A DNA stretch of 64,000 nt from Nannocystales bacterium (GTDB lineage Bacteria; Myxococcota_A; Polyangia; Nannocystales; Nannocystaceae): assembly GCA_050633305.1 (NCBI GenBank), contig JBOEGF010000008.1:320001-384000 (forward strand). The letters are read 5' to 3'. The notes under the pieces were generated by a model. The model was not told the origin of the DNA. It made no database searches and was given only the letters and a program-made list of their open reading frames with translations. Shown here one piece after another: positions 57,721 to 64,000 of the stretch; the stretch's first letter is position 1; the number at the start of each line of letters is the position of its first letter. The translations under genes and the position numbers were made by a program.

Positions 57721-58230
57721 ATGTTCGAGCCCGATGTGGTCGCGTACACCGATGGAGGGTGCCGAGGGAATCCCGGGATCGGTGGCTGGGGCTTCGTGCT
57801 CATCCATCCAGGCTCGCGCACGGCATTGGAGCAGGCGGGCGGCCTGGGCGAGGCGACCAACAACCGTATGGAGCTGATGGCAGCCCTCGAGGCGTTGTCG
57901 AGTGTGCGCCGCCCCCAAAGCCGGGTGTTGGTGTGTACCGACAGCCGATACGTGATCGACTGCTGCTCCAAGTGGATGGCCGGCTGGAAGGCGCGAGGGT
58001 GGACACGCAAGGACGGGGCCCTCAAGAACGTGGAGCTGCTTCAGGCGTTGGACGCTGCCCTCGACAAACACGAGGTGCGCTGGCAGTGGGTCGCGGGGCA
58101 CAGCGGGGACATCGGGAACGAGCGCGCGGACGCGCTCGCGAACCTGGCGATGGATGCAATTGCGAGCAACCGTGAGCCCAGCTTCGAGCGCCGGACGCAG
58201 TGGACCGGACCGCTCCCCGCCTCGACGTAG
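57721..58230 (+). CDS. rnhA: Ribonuclease HI
   Basis: YTDGGCRGNPGIGGWG, TNNRMEL, TDSRY, WKARGW, KNVEL, WVAGHSG, NERADALA. Confidence 0.95.
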   Translation: MFEPDVVAYTDGGCRGNPGIGGWGFVLIHPGSRTALEQAGGLGEATNNRMELMAALEALSSVRRPQSRVLVCTDSRYVIDCCSKWMAGWKARGWTRKDGALKNVELLQALDAALDKHEVRWQWVAGHSGDIGNERADALANLAMDAIASNREPSFERRTQWTGPLPAST

Positions 58231-58257
58231 CGTGGCGCGGCTACGGCGTTTGCGGAG

Positions 58258-59109
58258 TCACTCCTGGGTGATGACCATCGGACCGTATGCCTCGCCCTGC
58301 AACCGATTGCGGGCAACCGGGCTGGGTCCGTAGCTCGTGTTGAATTCGTACCCCGCCGTCCAAGAGTCGCTGCTTGCGTCGTACTGAAACTCGCAGGCCC
58401 AGTCCCCGCGCTCCCAGTCTTCATCCAGCGAGAGGATCACCTCGCGATACAACCCGGTGTCATCCAGACGGCCACGCAGCTCTCGGAATCCGACAACCAC
58501 ATCGGGGTTGTGGTTCATTTCGTACCAACACGCGCCTTCGAGTTCGACTTCGCCGTTGGCCAGGTGCCGAATCTCGACGTCGGCGTGGGCGGTCAGATAG
58601 ACATACGGGTGGCAGTAGGAGTACCCGCGGGAGGCGTACCAGTCGCACCCCCTCCTCCGGCCGTGCGCATCCAACGTTCCATACTCGATACGAGGGGTCA
58701 GCACACCGCTCGCCTCGACATAGTCGACCATCCGCCCCAGCGCTCTCGGGCCGACATAGGGAACCGCGTCGAGCTCCGCCAGCGTTGCGAACGGCGTGTC
58801 ATCCTCGGTGCCTTCAACGCCGTCTGGACCCGCTCGACGGGCAACAATGCCATTCGCGGCGCGAACGTCCAGGCCGACGTTGCCGTTCGCGGCGGAGTCG
58901 TCCAACGTCGCGTGGCTCGCCGTGTTCGCGAGCTCGAGCACCGCCGCTTCCAGTGGACTTCCCGGCTCGGGCACGTTCGCTCCGTCCGCCTTGCCACCAC
59001 CAAAACTGGCATGCTCTGCATCACCGTCGTTGTCCCCACCAGGCTCCGACGCACAAGCCCCAACGAGCAGGGCGAGGGACAACACCAGGGACGAAACTCG
59101 TTCATTCAT
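58258..59109 (-). CDS. Lipoprotein with GKAD motif and helix-hairpin-helix-like domain
   Basis: VGAC lipobox; GGGKADG; GLDVRAANGIVARR...FATLAELDAVPYVGPRAL. Confidence 0.7.
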   Translation of the reverse strand: MNERVSSLVLSLALLVGACASEPGGDNDGDAEHASFGGGKADGANVPEPGSPLEAAVLELANTASHATLDDSAANGNVGLDVRAANGIVARRAGPDGVEGTEDDTPFATLAELDAVPYVGPRALGRMVDYVEASGVLTPRIEYGTLDAHGRRRGCDWYASRGYSYCHPYVYLTAHADVEIRHLANGEVELEGACWYEMNHNPDVVVGFRELRGRLDDTGLYREVILSLDEDWERGDWACEFQYDASSDSWTAGYEFNTSYGPSPVARNRLQGEAYGPMVITQE

Positions 59110-59233
59110 GTAGGGAGAGACGCGACCCACCCCCAACTGATCCCGTGCGTGCGCTCACGAGTCCGGTGCCAGCGCAGAGCGCCCCGGGCCGTATCTGCTC
59201 GACCGGGGCCTGCCTTCACCGATGCTGTCGCGC

Positions 59234-59881
59234 TCACTGGCCCAGCGGATACACCGTATCGAACCGAGCGACCTCATCCACTTCGATGATGAACTCCGTC
59301 GTCCGCCACCGCCCATCGTCGTCCAGGGAAACGACGTGGGTGTAGCGGGCCGTGATCAGGTCGATGAACGGAGCATCGAGGGTCGAGAGCGAGAAGTGCG
59401 GCGTCGAGCCCGAGGTTGTGACGATCGCATCGGTGCTCGAGAGCATCTCGACTTGCACGTTCCCCGGCATGTTCCGCGCGGTGTGATAGCCGGTGTCGAG
59501 GGCGAAGGTCTCGATGAAGGAGACGAGCGCGGGCAGCCCATCAAGCGGGACCGAGTCTCCGCCAAAAAAAACGAACTCGGACTGTACGTCGGCAGCAAAG
59601 CAGTCACCGAGAATGCTCAACGTCTCGGACTGGTCGCCACCGAGGGCGAAAAACACGGTGTCGTGGCCGACGCCATAACACGCCGCGATGTCTTCGAGGT
59701 CAGCGCGGGCACGGAGCGCATCGAGGTCCTCGAGCAGCCCGGCCGGCTCACCTTCAGCGTCGCCGATCGTCCCGCCGTCGTCGTCGCCGTCCGCATCACA
59801 CGCGGCAACGCCACAGGACAGGACGAGAGCAGACAAGACAACGCGTGCCCTCCAAAAAGTGTTGTTGTGGGTTCGATTCAT
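59234..59881 (-). CDS. Lipoprotein with SnoaL/NTF2-like domain
   Basis: VAAC lipobox; LRARADLEDIAACYGVGHD...ARYTHVV...DGRWR. Confidence 0.72.
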   Translation of the reverse strand: MNRTHNNTFWRARVVLSALVLSCGVAACDADGDDDGGTIGDAEGEPAGLLEDLDALRARADLEDIAACYGVGHDTVFFALGGDQSETLSILGDCFAADVQSEFVFFGGDSVPLDGLPALVSFIETFALDTGYHTARNMPGNVQVEMLSSTDAIVTTSGSTPHFSLSTLDAPFIDLITARYTHVVSLDDDGRWRTTEFIIEVDEVARFDTVYPLGQ

Positions 59882-60116
59882 GGTTCGTTCTCCTGGACGC
59901 GCACCCGCCCCAGCCAACTCGGCTGGGCACGACGAGTCGTCCCGGCCCAGCTCTCCGACCCCAGCCTCACAGCAGCGAGAGGGCGTGTCCGAGCGGGTGG
60001 CAACGAAGGTCTACGGGGTCATCCGGGACGGCACCATGCCCATTCTTCGATAAGACTTATGCTGCGAAGGAGGGCCTGCACGACGCCCACTCCACCCCGG
60101 AGGACAGCAGGCCCGT

Positions 60117-60863
60117 ATGATGCCTACGATGATGCCTCCAAGACCCTGCTCGAAGCTCCTTGTCCGTGGTGGTCTGATGCTCGCGCTCGCATGTGTGGGG
60201 ACAACGGCATGCGATGACAACCCCGGCCCGACGCCAGCGAGCGCCGACAAGACGCCAGCGAGCGCCGACAAGACGCCAGCGAGCGCCGACAAGGAGAAGC
60301 CGCAAGCAGGGAGGAAGGCCGCCGAGGCCGAGGGGAGCCCCGCTGCGGACGCGAAGGTTGCACCTGTGGGCGACGACAACGGCGAGGAGACCAACGCGGG
60401 TGTCGATGCCAAGACGCTCCTGAACGACAACGGTACCTATCACTACGGCAAGGATGCGTTCGGCGAACTCACGGACGGACTCGCCGACAAGGATGTCCTC
60501 GCCAAGCTCGGCGAGCCCAAGAACAAGGACGGCCGCATGGAGGAAGGCGCCACTGGAGACATCATCCAGCAGTGGTACTACCCAGACCAGGGCATCACGC
60601 TGACGATGCGCTCCCAGACGATGACCAGCGCTCAGTCGGTCGGCGGCATGACGATCAAGGCGCCCTGCGCGTTCAAGACCAAGCTGGGAATTGGCATCGG
60701 AAGTACGCGCGCGGATGTCCTGGCGACCTACGGGGCGTTCAAGGACCCCGAGTTCCCTGCCGGGCCCGATCAGTTCATCGCAGGCTCGGTCTACGGCGGA
60801 GTTTTCTTCGATTTTTCCAAGGACAAGGTCGTCTCCATGTTCATGGGTGCGGGCGCGGAGTAG
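60117..60863 (+). CDS. Hypothetical lipoprotein
   Basis: TTAC lipobox-like; TPASADK x3; KTKLGIGIGSTRADVLATYG. Several possible ATG starts. Confidence 0.72.
   Translation: MMPTMMPPRPCSKLLVRGGLMLALACVGTTACDDNPGPTPASADKTPASADKTPASADKEKPQAGRKAAEAEGSPAADAKVAPVGDDNGEETNAGVDAKTLLNDNGTYHYGKDAFGELTDGLADKDVLAKLGEPKNKDGRMEEGATGDIIQQWYYPDQGITLTMRSQTMTSAQSVGGMTIKAPCAFKTKLGIGIGSTRADVLATYGAFKDPEFPAGPDQFIAGSVYGGVFFDFSKDKVVSMFMGAGAE
60230..60292 (+). repeat. Perfect 3 x 21-nt tandem repeat (GACGCCAGCGAGCGCCGACAA)
   Basis: Three identical units, in frame. Confidence 0.95.
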
Positions 60864-60887
60864 GTGCGCAGCGGAGTGCGTGGCGCG

Positions 60888-61976
60888 ATGGTTGAAGAGC
60901 TTCGACGTTCGGCGGCGAAGACGGGACGGGTCGCCACATTCGCACTGCTGATGCTCGCCAGCTGTCGGGGTCCTCTGCTTGGGCCACGCGCATACGACAG
61001 TCGCCGGACACGCCCCGGCAAGACGACGCCGGAGGACATCGCTCGGGTGATGGTGGAGAAGGACACGTACATCGTGATCTCCACGAAACGGGACGAAGTC
61101 CTCGTGCGACGGTGCACCACCGAGGGCGAGGACGGCACCTGCGATGTCGCGTGGTTGGTCGGCCGTCAACTCGAGCACTCGTACACGGGAACAACGATGC
61201 GCGCGGGCCTGCCCACGGTCCTGGTCCACGAGCTCGCGGACCCGATCGCCGACCGCATCGCGAGCATGGACGGGCGCGTGCTCAACGCTCGACAACGGGA
61301 CGTCCGTGCGGGCGAACTCCATGGGCCGGAGGAGGGCTCGGCGTACCGGTTCCAGCTCGACGAAACACGCCTCAGCATCGTCTACCGCGCGGGCTCCGGA
61401 GCCCCATGGGGCACACGAGTCGCCGAGGTTCAGGTCGACAACTCGGCGGGGACCGTCACCTCGTACATCACCCACGACGAGTACGGCCTGTTCGCGCTCC
61501 AACTCCGGCACGGCGACGAGGCAGGAGGTTCGACGTCATGGCTGTTGTTCGAGCGCCAAGGCTCGGGGCCTGGCGGGAAGGTCTGGACCATCCCGAGTCC
61601 AAGCGGCGCCCAGGCCACCGTCATCTCCAACACGCCGACCCGCGTGCCTCTTCCTCGGTCCGCACCGTCGTCGGTCCCCACGAAGGACCCGCCGCCAGCC
61701 CAGCCCCCCGCACAACCAGAGGCCTCCACGACTGCGCGCGCGTGTCGTGACGTCAGCGACTGCGAACCGGGCGAGCGCTGCCAGAGCCCTCAGGCGCATC
61801 GGTGGAACAACTGCGGAGCACCGCGTAAGCCCAGCTGCGACGAAGGCTTCCTCGGTGACAGCTGCGGCAACTGCTTCGAGACGTGTACATCGGATGTCGA
61901 TTGCTCCGAGGGTCACTGCAACGGTGCGTGGTGCGAGTCAGCCTCGGTCTGCGGAAAAGCCGAACTCCACCAGTGA
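60888..61976 (+). CDS. Hypothetical lipoprotein with Pro-rich linker and Cys-rich C-terminus
   Basis: LASC lipobox; PPPAQPPAQP linker; Cys-rich tail. Start may be GTG 60864. Confidence 0.68.
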   Translation: MVEELRRSAAKTGRVATFALLMLASCRGPLLGPRAYDSRRTRPGKTTPEDIARVMVEKDTYIVISTKRDEVLVRRCTTEGEDGTCDVAWLVGRQLEHSYTGTTMRAGLPTVLVHELADPIADRIASMDGRVLNARQRDVRAGELHGPEEGSAYRFQLDETRLSIVYRAGSGAPWGTRVAEVQVDNSAGTVTSYITHDEYGLFALQLRHGDEAGGSTSWLLFERQGSGPGGKVWTIPSPSGAQATVISNTPTRVPLPRSAPSSVPTKDPPPAQPPAQPEASTTARACRDVSDCEPGERCQSPQAHRWNNCGAPRKPSCDEGFLGDSCGNCFETCTSDVDCSEGHCNGAWCESASVCGKAELHQ

Positions 61977-62080
61977 GCCCCACAGAACTCCCCGTCGGCG
62001 TGCCAACCCAGCCAGCGCGAGAAAAGAGGGCGGAAGCGTCGTCGTCTTCGCCAAGGACTGATAGTCTCCCGCTGCGACTC

Positions 62081-62167
62081 GCGGAAGTGGCGAAATTGGT
62101 AGACGCGCAGGATTTAGGTTCCTGTATTGGAGACAATGTGGAGGTTCAAGTCCTCTCTTCCGCACCA
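62081..62167 (+). tRNA. tRNA-Leu (anticodon TAG)
   Basis: Acceptor GCGGAAG/CTTCCGC, D-loop TTGGTAGA, anticodon arm CAGGA-TTTAGGT-TCCTG, long variable arm, GTTCAAGT T-loop, encoded ACCA end. Confidence 0.97.
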
Positions 62168-62168
62168 C

Positions 62169-62235
62169 GCCGTGGCCCCAGGCCACGGCACGGCCCTCCG
62201 GCTCGACAGCTCGCGTGGCCCTTGAGCCGAGGGCG
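62169..62235. terminator. Two GC hairpins between the tRNA and the convergent CDS
   Basis: GCCGTGGCC-CCA-GGCCACGGC, then GCCCTCCGGCTCGA...TTGAGCCGAGGGC. Confidence 0.45.
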
Positions 62236-62240
62236 ACCGC

Positions 62241-63653
62241 TCACCACACGGCGAAACCACGCCAGTCGGTCCCGTCCGCAATGAACACTTCGCCGTTCGC
62301 GTAACTCAAGGAGAGTTCGGCATCGAGGTTCTCCCCCGCGGCGGTCAGCGTCGCGGTGTCCACCCGCTGCCCGGCGACGTCCCACGAGGACAACACCCCG
62401 TCGGCGTAGGTCAGGTAGCAGCCGTCCGCCCACCCGAGGGACCGATTCGAGGGGAATTCGAGTTCGGCGGGCTCGTCGCCCAGGCCCTGCAGCGTGGTGA
62501 TCCCGACAAACGATCCGTCGGAGCTCCACCGCAGGACCACCCCCAACGTCAGCGCGACGAACTCGTCGGTGTCGTCGTTCCAAACAACCGCCGACTGCTC
62601 GTCGAGGTTTGGCTCCGCCGTCGCCAAGACCACATCGTTTGTGAACACCCCTGGGGCTCCCATGACCCGTAGCGTCGAGCTGTTGAAGCCGCGCGCGTAC
62701 ACGGTCGCGCTCCCATCCCCGAGCGTGAACACGGACCGAAAGTCGATGCCGGACGCGAACACGGCATTGACCGTCCCGTCGTTGGCGTACTGCGCAGAGC
62801 GGTCCCCGCCCGAGCCTCCTCCTCCGCTGACCGAGTAGAGGTTGCTCCCATCCCAGGCCATGCCAGCGGTGCTGCCGACCAGCGCAGCCACGGGAAATGT
62901 GGTGTTCGCGTCGAACGTGTCCGCGCTGAACGCCGCGCACGTGATCTCGCAGGCGTCGCTGCACCCGGGGCCACCTTCACACTCTTCGCCGGCCGACGCG
63001 TTGACGACCCCGTCTCCGCACTCTTGCGCACTGCAGTCGATGTCGCACGTCGCGGACTCGCCGCCATCATCACAAGTCTCGGACGCCGTCTCGTTGAGCA
63101 CACCGTCGCCGCATTCCGCTGTACTGCAGTCCGCGTTGCAGGCCGCGGTCTCCTCACCGTCGTCGCATGCCTCGCCTGCGGCGTCGTTGACTGTCATGTC
63201 TCCGCACTCCGCGGTCGTGCAGTCCGCGTCGCAGCTCTTCGAGTCTCCGGCGTCGTCACACGACTCGCCCGCGCTTTCGTTCACGACGCCGTCGCCACAC
63301 TCCGCCGCCGTGCAATCCGCGTTGCAGGTCTCGGACTCTCCGCGGTCGTCGCAGACTTCGCGCCCCTCGATGACCCCATCTCCACATACCGCGCCCCCGG
63401 GATCCGTGTCGGTCCCCGTCGCATCGGTCTCGCTCGCATCGGTGTTCGCTGTGTCGGAGCCAGTTCCCGTGGCCATACTCGTGGGTCCGGCTGTGCTGGA
63501 TCCGGTGCTTGGAACAACGCCAGTCGTCGGTTCTCCGCCGGATGAAGAAGCTCCGTCGGTGTCGGTCCCCCCGAGGCCTGGTGCATCGTCCCCGCATCCC
63601 ACCAGCGCCAACGCAACCAGCGCCGAGGCTCCCCATGCCAAACGATCGGTCAT
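62241..63653 (-). CDS. Lipoprotein with multiple myxobacterial Cys-rich repeats (DUF4215-like) and beta-propeller-like C-terminus
   Basis: LVGC lipobox; five CGDG...E.CDD...C..DC-type repeats. Start at MTDRLAW. Confidence 0.85.
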   Translation of the reverse strand: MTDRLAWGASALVALALVGCGDDAPGLGGTDTDGASSSGGEPTTGVVPSTGSSTAGPTSMATGTGSDTANTDASETDATGTDTDPGGAVCGDGVIEGREVCDDRGESETCNADCTAAECGDGVVNESAGESCDDAGDSKSCDADCTTAECGDMTVNDAAGEACDDGEETAACNADCSTAECGDGVLNETASETCDDGGESATCDIDCSAQECGDGVVNASAGEECEGGPGCSDACEITCAAFSADTFDANTTFPVAALVGSTAGMAWDGSNLYSVSGGGGSGGDRSAQYANDGTVNAVFASGIDFRSVFTLGDGSATVYARGFNSSTLRVMGAPGVFTNDVVLATAEPNLDEQSAVVWNDDTDEFVALTLGVVLRWSSDGSFVGITTLQGLGDEPAELEFPSNRSLGWADGCYLTYADGVLSSWDVAGQRVDTATLTAAGENLDAELSLSYANGEVFIADGTDWRGFAVW

Positions 63654-63735
63654 CACGGGACGCACGATTCCAGAGCTACCGGCCCACTGCAACGTCTCGG
63701 GAACCTCTGCGCCAGCGGAACGCACGTTGTACGAC

Positions 63736-64000
63736 ATGAAGTGGGGAACTCATGCCATCGCGTCGCTCGCGCTCCTTGCTGGTTGCGGCGACGTCGAGCG
63801 GGACTCGGCCGGAGGGGTCCCTGCCCTCACCGCAACCGCGAGTGCCGGAAGTGACCCGGGCGGCACGAGCGGTGCCGGAGACACGGCGAGCGAGCAAGGC
63901 GACAGCGGCAGCGAGGCGTCCGGCGACATCACAGGCGATGGACCCGGCGGGGTCTTCGACGTCGGCGGCCCGCCTCCCAACACCGGCGGGGACGCACCCC
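63736..64000 (+). CDS. Lipoprotein, partial (runs off the window)
   Basis: Hand translation MKWGTHAIASLALLAGCGDVERDS... followed by an S/G/T/D linker; no stop before the window end. Confidence 0.7.
   Translation, partial: MKWGTHAIASLALLAGCGDVERDSAGGVPALTATASAGSDPGGTSGAGDTASEQGDSGSEASGDITGDGPGGVFDVGGPPPNTGGDAP

Noticed and set aside
57721..58230. RNase H as a sign of a retroelement or retron
   Set aside because: Ordinary stand-alone RNase HI with no reverse transcriptase in the window.
62081..62167. tRNA-Leu as an integration site for a genomic island
   Set aside because: No integrase in the window, and I saw no duplicated tRNA 3' end.

Overview
GC-rich bacterial chromosomal DNA whose gene content points to Myxococcota, probably Nannocystaceae-like: many lipoproteins, myxobacterial Cys-rich repeats, five eukaryote-like Ser/Thr kinases and an ECF sigma/FecR pair. 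It holds about 45 CDS and one tRNA-Leu(TAG). I see no integrase, transposase, CRISPR array or rRNA. The main candidate system is a tightly coupled operon of three divergent ClpA/ClpB-type double-AAA+ ATPases (5753-15082, minus strand). All three have non-canonical, possibly HicB-like N-termini, a degenerate first-ring Walker B and no GYVG pore loop. Two end in a region resembling a peptide-chain release factor (RF2/PCRF-like) without GGQ, and one carries a ribosomal L7/L12-CTD-like module where the Clp M-domain normally sits. Together this suggests a heteromeric, ribosome-directed Clp machine (inference). Other points of interest: a histone-H1-like Lys/Ala/Pro tail fused to a sulfatase-like enzyme; a leader with two mutually exclusive hairpins upstream of a DUF1835-type gene; a tandem array of three kinase-TPR genes; a recurrent -10 box directly before start codons, suggesting leaderless mRNAs; and a pair of MBL-fold paralogues, one with a broken metal motif. 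All domain calls were made by eye, with no database searches.
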